From IMG/VR virus record IMGVR_UViG_3300010356_002264: a stretch of 64,000 nt of DNA. One strand, written 5' to 3'. The position numbers and the translations under genes are program-made. Each line of letters begins with the position of its first letter. Position 1 is the first letter of the stretch. The notes beneath the pieces are model-generated. The model ran no database searches and was not told the DNA's origin. It worked only from the letters and a program-made list of their open reading frames with translations. Source of the DNA: a virus. Lineage: Duplodnaviria > Caudoviricetes. This document shows positions 28,697 through 37,318 of this stretch, in pieces.

Positions 28697-29002
28697 CTAC
28701 CAGTGGAAGCGGAAGCTGTGCGTTGGCCCGCGCTTCTCCACGATGATCTTGTCGGCCTCCAGGCGGGCAATCGTGTCGGCGTGGAGCTCGCCGTAACGGT
28801 CCTCTGACGTGTGCCGGCTCTGCTCGGCGTAAGGCTTACAGAACACCAGGACGTCGTTGTACTGCTGCGTCACCAGGCGCTCGTGCGCGGTATTGCGGGC
28901 CTGCTCGGCGCGCTCGGTGATGTCGCGCAGGCCCTGCGCGGTGAGGGGTTCGGCGGACGGGGTGGATGTTGACTTGCGGGTGCGCGGCTTAGCCTTGGTC
29001 AT
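28697..29002 (-). CDS. Small basic hypothetical protein (101 aa, MTKAKPRTRK...)
   Basis: C-terminal part of track ORF 28697..29566; SD-like AAGAGGA before ATG 29002. Confidence 0.65.
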   Translation of the reverse strand: MTKAKPRTRKSTSTPSAEPLTAQGLRDITERAEQARNTAHERLVTQQYNDVLVFCKPYAEQSRHTSEDRYGELHADTIARLEADKIIVEKRGPTHSFRFHW

Positions 29003-29147
29003 GGCAGTCCTCTTGGTCGGATGGACGGGGCGCGGAGGAACCCAGAAGCTGGGTCCTGACTTCCTCCGCGCCTTCGTGATCCTTTGGATCTTCTGGGCGG
29101 CCGTTATCGCCCACGGGTCGTAGGTCCCTAGCGACCACATCTCCCGC
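29003..29147 (-). ncRNA. Candidate structured 5' leader / small RNA (four consecutive hairpins)
   Basis: Stems at 29116-29136, 29094-29113, 29078-29090 and 29029-29072 (12-bp perfect); downstream of the class I element at 29178-29184. Confidence 0.4.
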
Positions 29148-29184
29148 ACGAGGGAGTCAGCGCGAGACCTCTTGACGGAGCTGA
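29148..29184 (-). promoter_or_regulatory. Class I element TCAGCTC-N18-TGAC (no start codon at +36)
   Basis: GAGCTGA at 29178-29184 in intergenic DNA. Confidence 0.5.
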
Positions 29185-29277
29185 CGATCTGGGGGGAGGA
29201 TGCCGCCCATGCGCGATACAGTGTTCTCGTGGGCGGACGGGGCGCACATCTCGCAGGAGATCGCCCCGACCTTCTAG

Positions 29278-29314
29278 TCAGCTCGGCTCCTCCGGGCCGC
29301 CTCGGTTCTCCCCC
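29278..29314 (+). promoter_or_regulatory. Class I promoter-like element TCAGCTC-N18-CGGT-N8-ATG
   Basis: CAGCTC 29279-29284; ATG 29315. Confidence 0.72.
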
Positions 29315-29614
29315 ATGGCCACGACACGAGAAGACATCAAGCGGTGGGTCGCCACGGGGGTTGAGAACGGGTCGACCCACGTGATCGTGCTGTGCGACAG
29401 CTTCAGCTACGAGGACTTCCCCGTCTACGTGCAGCCCGGTGAGGACGTGCGCGAGGTGGAGCGGGCGCACCTGCGGAACCCCATGACGCGCACAATGGAG
29501 GTCATCGACCTGCGGCCCCTCGCGGGGACCTGCAAGGCCCTGCCCGCGCCCCAGGCTCCCGAGCAACCCGATCAGTTTCCCGTGGACCTCGGGTCGGTGG
29601 TCGACGAGCTGTAG
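29315..29614 (+). CDS. Small hypothetical phage protein (99 aa)
   Basis: Clean ORF (THVIVLCDSFSYEDFPVYV). Confidence 0.75.
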   Translation: MATTREDIKRWVATGVENGSTHVIVLCDSFSYEDFPVYVQPGEDVREVERAHLRNPMTRTMEVIDLRPLAGTCKALPAPQAPEQPDQFPVDLGSVVDEL

Positions 29615-29746
29615 CGCCCGACCAGGGTGGGGCTGTTTGAACGAAGTCCCCCCACAGGACGGCCGGCTGCTCGGGTGCTACGACGAGGCCGAGGTTGTTG
29701 TCGCGCATGCCCCTACGTCGAAGAGACGGGCGGGGCGGATCTGTTC

Positions 29747-30583
29747 CTACTTGGCGAAGTACTTGGCCCAGTTCTCCTCGGGCGTCAGCTTGGGGTCGTA
29801 TAGGCCACAGTCGTCCGCGTGACTCACGTCGTCCGTGCGCTCCTGTATGTTGTAGTGGTATCCCGCAAGGTAGGGCAGGGCCTCGCCACCGAGATCCCGC
29901 ACCGTGGGGATCGCGCACGCATCATAGGGCGCGGTGACGGGCCGGTCCCGATAGTCCAGCCACACGTTCTCCCGACGGGTCGACATCGCCTTGCCGGTCA
30001 CCACGTCGCGCGTGGACCCGAACGCCCGCTCCCCCCGCGCGAGGATCACCTCGTCGAAGACGGGATCGACCTTGAATCCGTAGACCTTCTCGATCTGGTG
30101 GTGGAGCGTCACCATATGTACGTCCACGCAGCAGTTCCGAGACATGAGCACCGGGTCGAGCAGCTCGTTTTCCAGGTCGTCGAGCACGCGATCGTCCAGG
30201 TAGTGGTCTCCCCACTGGGATTCGAGGGTGGACATCGCGAGGGGGCGTGCCCCCACCCAACGTACACCCCGGACCAGCCTGACCATGTTGTCCTCGGACA
30301 TCGCCCACTGAAGGGCGGCCTCCTTGACCGTGATGAGCTTGTGTAGCTGGAGGACGGACCTCCAGGCCCAGCGTAGGTGCCGTCCGTCCTTGTCCCGCAG
30401 GGGGTAGCGAGCGTTTTTGTCCTGGCTCCAGGTACGTTCGACCAAGTGGATGGAGGCCGCGTTGACCTCGATCCCATGGAGCTCGAACATCGTCTCGGCG
30501 GTCGCGTAGGGGTCGACGACTCGCTTGAAGCGGTCGCGCAGGTCCGCGAAGGCGGCCCACTCGGGAGGCGTCTCGATTGTCAT
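29747..30583 (-). CDS. Hypothetical protein (278 aa)
   Basis: Last gene of a coupled operon; ATGA overlap. Confidence 0.75.
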   Translation of the reverse strand: MTIETPPEWAAFADLRDRFKRVVDPYATAETMFELHGIEVNAASIHLVERTWSQDKNARYPLRDKDGRHLRWAWRSVLQLHKLITVKEAALQWAMSEDNMVRLVRGVRWVGARPLAMSTLESQWGDHYLDDRVLDDLENELLDPVLMSRNCCVDVHMVTLHHQIEKVYGFKVDPVFDEVILARGERAFGSTRDVVTGKAMSTRRENVWLDYRDRPVTAPYDACAIPTVRDLGGEALPYLAGYHYNIQERTDDVSHADDCGLYDPKLTPEENWAKYFAK

Positions 30584-31089
30584 GCTGGGAACGCCTTGTC
30601 AGCGAGCTCCTGCCGCATCTGGGGAATGAACAGCTCATACTCGGCCCAGGCCGTCAGGTCGGGGAACCGTGACTCATTCCCGTCGTCAAGCACGTCGAGC
30701 AGCATGGGCAAGAGCTGGTTGTTGTAACGGTTCACGACCTGCATTAGCTCGCCGCGAAACGAGTGGTAGCGCGTGAGGAACGGCCCCACCTCGACGCCTC
30801 TTCGCCGGAGCTCTTCGGTTAGGTTCGGAGCGAGTGCGTCGGTCAGCAGGTCCATCCCCTGGGCCTGCGACCACTCGCCGAGCGTCCGCGTCCCTTGGTT
30901 CTCCATGCGAAACCCGAAGTGCGGCACGTCCTCGGGGATACCGCTCGCGGGGTCACACAGGCGAGCCCGCAGCAGGTCGGGGACTGAGTAGCTCGCGTTG
31001 GTGTTCGACAGCAGCCAGCGCCACTTGCGTGGGCTGTCGATGATTCCGAAACCTGAGTTGCAGTCGAAGTGGAACGTCCTGAACGGCAT
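30580..31089 (-). CDS. Hypothetical protein (169 aa)
   Basis: Clean ORF in operon. Confidence 0.75.
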   Translation of the reverse strand: MPFRTFHFDCNSGFGIIDSPRKWRWLLSNTNASYSVPDLLRARLCDPASGIPEDVPHFGFRMENQGTRTLGEWSQAQGMDLLTDALAPNLTEELRRRGVEVGPFLTRYHSFRGELMQVVNRYNNQLLPMLLDVLDDGNESRFPDLTAWAEYELFIPQMRQELADKAFPA

Positions 31090-31091
31090 GG

Positions 31092-31286
31092 CTACGCCTT
31101 GGTCTTGGGTGGGGACATCCTGTGGCTGAGGCGGTGAATGAACCGCAGGACCTGCGCGGTTGAGTCCTCACCTGGCAGGGGGTTGTTGAAGGTGTCGATC
31201 GCGAGGGCCGCCACATCAAAGATCGGGTCCCGCGAGGGTTTTGGTTGGTCCGGGGCCTCGTAGATCACCTTGGGGTCCTTGCTCAC
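31092..31286 (-). CDS. Small hypothetical protein (64 aa, MSKDPKVIYEAP...)
   Basis: GTG 31286 overlaps the TGA of the ATPase; fills the operon gap. Confidence 0.6.
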   Translation of the reverse strand: MSKDPKVIYEAPDQPKPSRDPIFDVAALAIDTFNNPLPGEDSTAQVLRFIHRLSHRMSPPKTKA

Positions 31287-32149
31287 GAGAACCTCCCCTT
31301 CAGCGCGACGCGCACCTCCTCTAGGTACCCCGGCGTGAGCTCGATGTAGTGCGCGTCGGGGATGTCGGTCGCGAACACGCTGTGCGTGGCGCAGATCACC
31401 TGGAGGTTCTTGTCCTGCATGATGCGCGGCATTGCGCCCCAGAGGCGGGCCTGCATGTCGAGGTCTAGCGACTGGTCGGGCTCGTCGAGGATCACCGTGT
31501 AGGGGCCTGCCGGGATCTGCGGGGTGAACAGCTTCTCCCGCATCTTGCGCACGCGGTTGGCCCAGAGGTCGTTGACGCCCTGCTCGGTGACCCTCCAGTC
31601 GATCATGGGCCACTCAGGAACAGGGGGCGCGGCGGCCCCACGCCGCATGAGAGGCGTCCGCCCAGTTGGCTCTGAGGGCTGCGCCTTGGGGCGCGCGATC
31701 GTCATGTACTGCGAGAGCGCGCGGTCCAGCAGGCCCATCTGGTTCTGTCCTGAGCTTCCCTTCTGGTTCATGGTGAGGAACCCCTCGAAGAAGAAGTCGT
31801 CGTCGAACCCTCCGAGGCTCAACCCATAACGGGTGCCGGCCGACGCGGTCACGGTGGCTTGCGCATCGTGCTCAAGAAGCAGGCCGAAGTTATCCTCCTC
31901 ATCCGCCCCAAAGCCGGGGAAGAAGGCGCGGATCGCATCCTCGGTCACCACGCTCCGCCCGCCCTGCTCGGAGCAGGTGAGGCGAGAGAGCGCCTTGAGG
32001 ATGGTGCTCTTACCCGCACCGTTACGTCCCCACAGGACATTGAGGCCCGGCTTGAAGCACACTTCCGTGAGCGCGCGCAGCGCCTCTACCTGGGACCACC
32101 AGGGGACGATCGACCGGGCGGAATCCTTGACGAGCAGACGCGAGATCAC
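31283..32149 (-). CDS. Soluble ABC-type (AAA_21/SMC-like) ATPase
   Basis: FKPGLNVLWGRNGAGKST (Walker A), SSGQ signature-like, VILDEPD (Walker B), ICATHS (H-loop); no TM segments. Confidence 0.8.
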   Translation of the reverse strand: MISRLLVKDSARSIVPWWSQVEALRALTEVCFKPGLNVLWGRNGAGKSTILKALSRLTCSEQGGRSVVTEDAIRAFFPGFGADEEDNFGLLLEHDAQATVTASAGTRYGLSLGGFDDDFFFEGFLTMNQKGSSGQNQMGLLDRALSQYMTIARPKAQPSEPTGRTPLMRRGAAAPPVPEWPMIDWRVTEQGVNDLWANRVRKMREKLFTPQIPAGPYTVILDEPDQSLDLDMQARLWGAMPRIMQDKNLQVICATHSVFATDIPDAHYIELTPGYLEEVRVALKGRFS

Positions 32150-32613
32150 GGGTCCCTCCACGGGCCCAGGACCTCTCCCGTCGCCCCATCCCTCTCCACG
32201 ACCATCTGCACCGTCCCCTTGGCGGGTCCATCCTTGGTCCAGTAGTCGTAGAGGTACGTCTTGCCCTCGACGAAAACGTAGCCCCTCATGTTGTGGTTGG
32301 TGAGGTCTTGCAGGTCAATGAGACCCGGCACGACGCGCCGAAGGGGCAGGATCAGCCCTCCGGCCTGGGCCGTCTTAGCCGCGGTGGCCTTCTCGATCTT
32401 CTCGATCTTCAGGAGGTCCTCGACGGAGAAGTCCGTCGACGCGATGAGGTCACGAACCCGCGCAACTGGTACGCCCCGCAGGGCCTCCAGGATGACCTTC
32501 TTGCAGGAGGGACAGTAGGTGGGGTCGTTCTGCACGTCCTGACAGCCTTGGCCAGACCCTTGGTAGTCGTAGGGAAGGGCGCAGTGCGCGCAGCGTTTTC
32601 TCTGGTGTGTCAC
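32146..32613 (-). CDS. Zn-finger-containing hypothetical protein (155 aa)
   Basis: CAHC...CPSC; GTG 32613 lies 36 nt after CAGCTC. Confidence 0.7.
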   Translation of the reverse strand: MTHQRKRCAHCALPYDYQGSGQGCQDVQNDPTYCPSCKKVILEALRGVPVARVRDLIASTDFSVEDLLKIEKIEKATAAKTAQAGGLILPLRRVVPGLIDLQDLTNHNMRGYVFVEGKTYLYDYWTKDGPAKGTVQMVVERDGATGEVLGPWRDP

Positions 32614-32650
32614 CCTGCTCACCCGAGGTGCCACAACGCGCGAGAGCTGT
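32614..32650 (-). promoter_or_regulatory. Class I promoter-like element ACAGCTC-N18-CGGG-N8-GTG
   Basis: GAGCTG 32644-32649 in a divergent intergenic region. Confidence 0.62.
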
Positions 32651-32663
32651 GCGATCGTGGGGT

Positions 32664-33263
32664 ATGTCTTTGTCCCGCACGGCTGGCTGGATCCCGAGCT
32701 CCTTCCGATCCCCGGAGGACGAGAGCGACCCGAACCTCAACCGAAAGCCCATCGTCCTCGACGTACTGGGACCCGACTTCCGCACCTCGCTGCTCGGAAC
32801 GGACCTCAAGCTGGTACTGCACGCCAACCCGAGTCAGGTGTCGGTGACGCGACCCAAGCTCACGACGACCGCCAACACGGAGCGAGGCCGCGTCCGCTGG
32901 CACTACGGGCAGGCGGTCGCGCAGTTCTCCATGGAGGGGGCCACCGGGGGGTTTGTTCGCATGTACGCGGGCCTGACCGGGCTCGCCTCGATGGCCCGCA
33001 ACATCCCGTCACGAAGGGAGACCATCGCGTACGAGCGGTACCGAGACCTGCTGGCCCTGTTCCGCAACAACGCGTGCGTCTACTCATCGCGGGGCACGCC
33101 GATCCACTATGGGGTCATCGTGGTGACCTACGACGGAGCGAGCTACCGCGGCTGGTGGTCGAGCTTCACCTCCGCGGAGGACGCCTCCCGTCCGTACCAG
33201 TTCACGGTGAGCGCCGACCTCCAGGTGCGCGAGGAGCGCCGCGTGGCACGATCTCCCGCCTAG
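32664..33263 (+). CDS. Tail tube initiator/baseplate-tube junction-like protein; paralog of 40391..41368
   Basis: LVLHANPSQVSV..TERGRVRWHYG..FSMEG..YDGASYRGWWSSFT..EDASRPYQF. Confidence 0.55.
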   Translation: MSLSRTAGWIPSSFRSPEDESDPNLNRKPIVLDVLGPDFRTSLLGTDLKLVLHANPSQVSVTRPKLTTTANTERGRVRWHYGQAVAQFSMEGATGGFVRMYAGLTGLASMARNIPSRRETIAYERYRDLLALFRNNACVYSSRGTPIHYGVIVVTYDGASYRGWWSSFTSAEDASRPYQFTVSADLQVREERRVARSPA

Positions 33264-33270
33264 TAGGCGC

Positions 33271-33325
33271 TCAGCTCCGCCCCGCGACATGATCCCCACG
33301 GGTCTCCTAGAAAGGACTCATCGTC
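33271..33325 (+). promoter_or_regulatory. Class I element with an 18-nt SD-containing leader
   Basis: TCAGCTC 33271-33277; predicted start site ~33308; AGAAAGGA then ATG 33326. Confidence 0.6.
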
Positions 33326-35083
33326 ATGAGGCTCACACCGCTCGCCAAGGGATTCATCACGCTCGTCATTCTCTCCGTAGTGGGGATCGTCTTGTGGACG
33401 AACCCGGGGCTGCGCAGCAAGCTTGCCCCCTCGAAGCCAACCCAGGAATCGCAGGTCCCGCAGATGGCGCAGTTGCCGGGCAGCAAGCAGGTCACGGCGG
33501 ACAAGCTGTCCGGTCAGCCGGGCTGCACCGACCGCCCAGAGGTCAAGCTCTGCATCCCGGCCTGGAACGGCCAGATGGGGCTCATCTACGCCACGGGAGG
33601 TGCGCAGGCGGGTCAGGGGAGCCTCATGTGCCGTCAGGGGGTTAACCTGCGCCTGGTGCGCGAGGACGACACAGCGAAGGCGTTCGCGGCGATCAGCACC
33701 TTCGCCACGGCCTTCCAGAAGGGAGAGCGGCAGCCCGCAGGCTGCGCGGGCATGGTCGTGATGGGCGACTCGCTGGCGCTCCACTACAACAACCTGAACA
33801 CCCAGCTTCGCACCGTCTGTCCGCGCTGCGAGGCCAAGGCCGTCGCGGTCCTCGGGTTCAGTGCCGGGGAAGACGTGGTGATGGTCCGCCCCGAGGCTCA
33901 GAAGGACCCGCAGAAGTTGCGCGGCAGCTACATCGCGGTCGTGCCCGGTGACGGGGACTACAACCTCCTCGTGCAGGGGGCCGCGATCAACAACCTGCCG
34001 GTGAACCCGAACTACAAGGTGTTCGACCCGAACGCCATCAACATCTACGCGGTCGCCGACTACCTCAAGGCCGCGGAGGCGTACATCGCCTCCCACTGCG
34101 AGAAGCTGCCCGACGCGAAGACCGGCGAGGTCGCACAGCACTGCGTCGATGGTGTCGCCACCTGGACGCCGGGCGACGCGAACATCGCCGAGCAGCGAGG
34201 TGGCCTCGTTCCGTGGATCTCGACGCGGGACTTCCCCCGCCAGATGCCAACCACGCTCATCCTCTACGGCCCCTGGGCCGAGGCCAACATGGACCTCGTG
34301 ACGGGGATGCTCGTCGCGGCGTTTCAGGGCAACGAGGCCGTCATGCGCAGCGATACCGCGCTCCACGCGGCGGCAGGCTTCTCGGCGCTCGTCTACAACG
34401 AGAAGGATGGCACCTACTGGAAGCGCTACTTCACGCGGCACGCCGAGACGGACAAGACCGGACAGCAGGTCGAACTCGGAGGGTCGTCGGTCGCCTCGTG
34501 GGCCGTGGCGAACGGCGTCATGACCAATGGCGTCTTCGAGGCCGTCTACCAGAACTTCGGGAACATCTTCCACAAGATGGACCCCGCCACGCTCCCGACG
34601 GTCCCCCCGTACTCCCAGGCGGTCGACCTGCGCTACATGGATCAGGCGGGATCGAAGCTCAAGCTCTTGAACCAGGCGGGTACCCCTGACGCTCCCACCT
34701 TCTCGGCCGCGACCCCCATGACGCGGCAGGTTGGTCGGCGCTCCTGGGCGATCCAGTTTCAGTCGGGGAAGGCGACCTTCGACCCGGCGACCTACGCGAC
34801 GCTGGATCAGCTTCGCACCCAGGCGATGATCGCCACCGGAACCATCATGGAGGTCCATGGACACACGGACTCGGCGGGCAGCCCAGCACGCAACATGATC
34901 TTGTCCCGCGAGCGTGCGGCGGCGGTCCAGCAGTACCTCATCGGGAAGTCGAACGGCGTCCTCACCCTAGCTGCCGTGCGCGTCTTCGCACACGGGTCCG
35001 ACCAACCTGTCGCCGACAACTCGACCGCTGAGGGCCGCGCGCAGAACCGACGCGTCGAGGTGGTCGTCGGGGCGGTCAACTAG
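33326..35083 (+). CDS. NitT/TauT (NMT1-like) ABC substrate-binding protein fused to a C-terminal OmpA-like peptidoglycan-binding domain
   Basis: N-terminal TM anchor; GFSAGEDVVM and VATWTPGD SBP-like segments; IQFQSGKA..VHGHTDSAG..NMILSRERAAAV..GRAQNRRVEV OmpA motif. Confidence 0.85.
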   Translation: MRLTPLAKGFITLVILSVVGIVLWTNPGLRSKLAPSKPTQESQVPQMAQLPGSKQVTADKLSGQPGCTDRPEVKLCIPAWNGQMGLIYATGGAQAGQGSLMCRQGVNLRLVREDDTAKAFAAISTFATAFQKGERQPAGCAGMVVMGDSLALHYNNLNTQLRTVCPRCEAKAVAVLGFSAGEDVVMVRPEAQKDPQKLRGSYIAVVPGDGDYNLLVQGAAINNLPVNPNYKVFDPNAINIYAVADYLKAAEAYIASHCEKLPDAKTGEVAQHCVDGVATWTPGDANIAEQRGGLVPWISTRDFPRQMPTTLILYGPWAEANMDLVTGMLVAAFQGNEAVMRSDTALHAAAGFSALVYNEKDGTYWKRYFTRHAETDKTGQQVELGGSSVASWAVANGVMTNGVFEAVYQNFGNIFHKMDPATLPTVPPYSQAVDLRYMDQAGSKLKLLNQAGTPDAPTFSAATPMTRQVGRRSWAIQFQSGKATFDPATYATLDQLRTQAMIATGTIMEVHGHTDSAGSPARNMILSRERAAAVQQYLIGKSNGVLTLAAVRVFAHGSDQPVADNSTAEGRAQNRRVEVVVGAVN

Positions 35084-35085
35084 CT

Positions 35086-35868
35086 ATGGCGACCCCACGC
35101 GTGACCTCCCTGCTCAGGCCCGCCGCGCCCTACAGCGTCGCGCTGTGGGCGGTCGCCTGGGGCGCGCTCGCGCTGGTCCTGTGGACGCGCGACACTCCGT
35201 CTGTCCTTCCATCACCGGCCGGTGTCCTTCAGGCGCTCGCCGGCCTGTGGTGGCACGGGGGCCTGGGGCCGGAGCTATTCGCTACGATGCGGCTCATCGG
35301 TCACGCGACCCTCATCACGGTCGTGCTGTCGCTCGGCCTGGCCTACCTGAGCGTGGTGCCGGCGTTTCGACCCCTCGTCCATGCGGTCGCCGGCCTACGG
35401 TTCGCGGGCATCCTCGGGATGTCGGTGCCCTTCACGGTGGCGTTCGGAGGCGGTCATCCCCTCAAGGTCGCGCTCCTAACCTTCGGGATGAGCACGTTCC
35501 TCGTCGCGGCCACTGCCCAGGTGGTCGACGCGATCCCGGCGTCGACCTACGACTACGCCCGCACCCTCGGAGGGTCGCGGCTGCGTCTCGTCTGGGAGGT
35601 CGTCGTGCGGGGTACGCTGCACGACATGCTCGACGCGCTCCGTCAGAACGTCGCAATGGGATGGGCCATGATCACCGCCGTCGAGGGGATCTCGCGCGCA
35701 GAGGGTGGGATCGGCGCGCTCGCGCTCAACCAGGAGAAGCACTTCCTGCTCCCCGAGGTGTTCGCGGTCGTGCTGGTGGTCACTCTCGTGGGAATCCTCA
35801 TCGACTACCTCATGCGCCTGCTCATCGACATCCTGTGCCCCTACGTGGCGATCACGAGGGCAAAATGA
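35086..35868 (+). CDS. NitT/TauT-family ABC transporter permease
   Basis: Multiple TM helices; LPSPAGV; EAA-like YDYARTLGGSRLRLVWEVV; GGIG. Confidence 0.85.
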   Translation: MATPRVTSLLRPAAPYSVALWAVAWGALALVLWTRDTPSVLPSPAGVLQALAGLWWHGGLGPELFATMRLIGHATLITVVLSLGLAYLSVVPAFRPLVHAVAGLRFAGILGMSVPFTVAFGGGHPLKVALLTFGMSTFLVAATAQVVDAIPASTYDYARTLGGSRLRLVWEVVVRGTLHDMLDALRQNVAMGWAMITAVEGISRAEGGIGALALNQEKHFLLPEVFAVVLVVTLVGILIDYLMRLLIDILCPYVAITRAK

Positions 35869-36161
35869 GCCGAACCGCCCCGCAAGGGGTCGAGCTCGAG
35901 GCCCTCATGCAGGACCCGGAGTTCCGCCGCTCCGTGCAAGTGCAGCTTGCGGCGCAGGGGTTCCTCGCGCAGGTGAGACGCCTCTTGTTGGCCCAGGGAG
36001 TGCCCAAGGAGGCCCACGCGCGCGTGCTCGCGAAGTGCCTTGGCTGGACCGAGCGTCAATGCAGCGCGCTGCTCAAGGACGCGAACCGCTTGACGGTTGA
36101 GCACGCGACCCACATCGCTCATGCGTTCGGATTCCGACTACGAATCACGATGGAACCGTAG
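35865..36161 (+). CDS. XRE/Cro-like helix-turn-helix protein (98 aa)
   Basis: ATGA-coupled; LAKCLGWTERQCSALLKDANRLTVEHATHIAHAFG. Confidence 0.65.
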   Translation: MSRTAPQGVELEALMQDPEFRRSVQVQLAAQGFLAQVRRLLLAQGVPKEAHARVLAKCLGWTERQCSALLKDANRLTVEHATHIAHAFGFRLRITMEP

Positions 36162-36198
36162 ACAGCTCCGCCCCGCGCGACGGACCCGACACGTCCTC
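36162..36198 (+). promoter_or_regulatory. Class I promoter-like element ACAGCTC-N18-CGAC-N8-ATG
   Basis: CAGCTC 36163-36168 directly after TAG 36161; ATG 36199. Confidence 0.72.
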
Positions 36199-36231
36199 AT
36201 GGACAACCTGATCAACAGCGTGAGGGCGTAA
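36199..36231 (+). CDS. Putative 10-aa leaderless upstream ORF (MDNLINSVRA) coupled to the next gene
   Basis: ATG at the motif-predicted position; its TAA overlaps ATG 36231 (TAATG). Confidence 0.5.
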   Translation: MDNLINSVRA

Positions 36232-36482
36232 TGGCTAGCTTTGACTGGGAGCTCCAAGATCAACTCGTGACGGCGACGGAGGAGGGGCCGGTCGCCCAGT
36301 GGTGCGACCGGCTGGCCTCGCTCTACAAGAAGGCGGGCGGTCAGGTGGCGCAGATCAACTGGAACAAGGCCCCCCTGTACGTCGCGGGCGACATCGTGGA
36401 GGGCGCGACATGCGGCGGTCTCCTGCCTCGTCTACGACAGGTGCTGGTGGAGTACGTTGGGACCAAGAAGAGTGCCCCGTGA
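36231..36482 (+). CDS. Small hypothetical protein (83 aa)
   Basis: Clean ORF; GTGA-coupled to the ATPase. Confidence 0.7.
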   Translation: MASFDWELQDQLVTATEEGPVAQWCDRLASLYKKAGGQVAQINWNKAPLYVAGDIVEGATCGGLLPRLRQVLVEYVGTKKSAP

Positions 36483-37279
36483 CCGACACCATCCTCAAGG
36501 TCGACAGGGTGTGCCAGCGTCGTGGTGACCGGCTCATCCTGGACAACGTGAACTTCACGATCGTGGACCGCACGCGGGAGGGACGGACGACGGGGCAGGT
36601 CGTGGGGATCCTTGGACCGTCGGGCGTAGGCAAGACGACCCTCCTGCGGATCATCGCTGGCCTAGACGCGCCGGAGTCGGGTGCGGTGATAGACCTCACG
36701 GGAAGCCGATTGACCGACGACGTGGGACTGGTGTTCCAGCACTACCCCCTGCTCATACACCGAACCATACAGGACAACCTGGAGGTCGTGGGGCGCATGA
36801 GCGGGATGTCTCGCCGGGAGGCGAGGGACTGCGCCCTCTACTTGCTTCGTCAGTTCCGGCTGGAGGAGTGCGGACACCTCTACCCAGCCGACGTGTCGGG
36901 AGGGCAGCGCCAGCGGGCCGCCATCGCGCAGCAGGTCGTCAGGCCGCGCCGGCTCCTGCTGCTCGACGAGCCCTTCTCGGGTCTTGATCCGGCCGTGCTG
37001 GAGGACGTCATCGGGGCGATCGTCGCGGTGGCGAACCAGCACGACTGGAACACGGTGATCCTCGTCACGCACGACGTGCGCGCGGCGCTCCTGGTGAGCG
37101 ACACGCTGCTGCTGCTGGGTCGGTCGTCAATCCCGGGTGCGGGCCGGACGACCTCTGCGAGCATTCAGGGGACCTACGACCTCGTCAAGCAGGGACTGGC
37201 GTGGCATCCAGAACTCGTGGGGACGCCCGTCTTCGCTGAGGCCGAACGCGAGCTCCGCGACCGCTTCCGGAGCCTGTAG
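36479..37279 (+). CDS. NitT/TauT-family ABC transporter ATP-binding protein
   Basis: GPSGVGKTT, VFQHYPL, VSGGQRQR, LLLDEPFSGLD, VTHD. Confidence 0.9.
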   Translation: MTDTILKVDRVCQRRGDRLILDNVNFTIVDRTREGRTTGQVVGILGPSGVGKTTLLRIIAGLDAPESGAVIDLTGSRLTDDVGLVFQHYPLLIHRTIQDNLEVVGRMSGMSRREARDCALYLLRQFRLEECGHLYPADVSGGQRQRAAIAQQVVRPRRLLLLDEPFSGLDPAVLEDVIGAIVAVANQHDWNTVILVTHDVRAALLVSDTLLLLGRSSIPGAGRTTSASIQGTYDLVKQGLAWHPELVGTPVFAEAERELRDRFRSL

Positions 37280-37280
37280 T

Positions 37281-37318
37281 TCAGCTCGACAGAACACGAA
37301 AACCTCATCTCCCCTTCC
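37281..37318 (+). promoter_or_regulatory. Class I element (TCAGCTC, 37 nt to ATG)
   Basis: CAGCTC 37282-37287 just after TAG 37279; ATG 37319. Confidence 0.65.

Noticed and set aside
29502-29743. Variant element CAGATC-N17-CGAC-N8-ATG (29708, -) and its ORF
   Set aside because: One mismatch and 1-nt shorter spacing, and the ORF overlaps the convergent gene by more than 100 nt; possibly a relic but not supportable.
33260-34864. 534-aa minus-strand ORF
   Set aside because: Antisense shadow of the SBP-OmpA gene.
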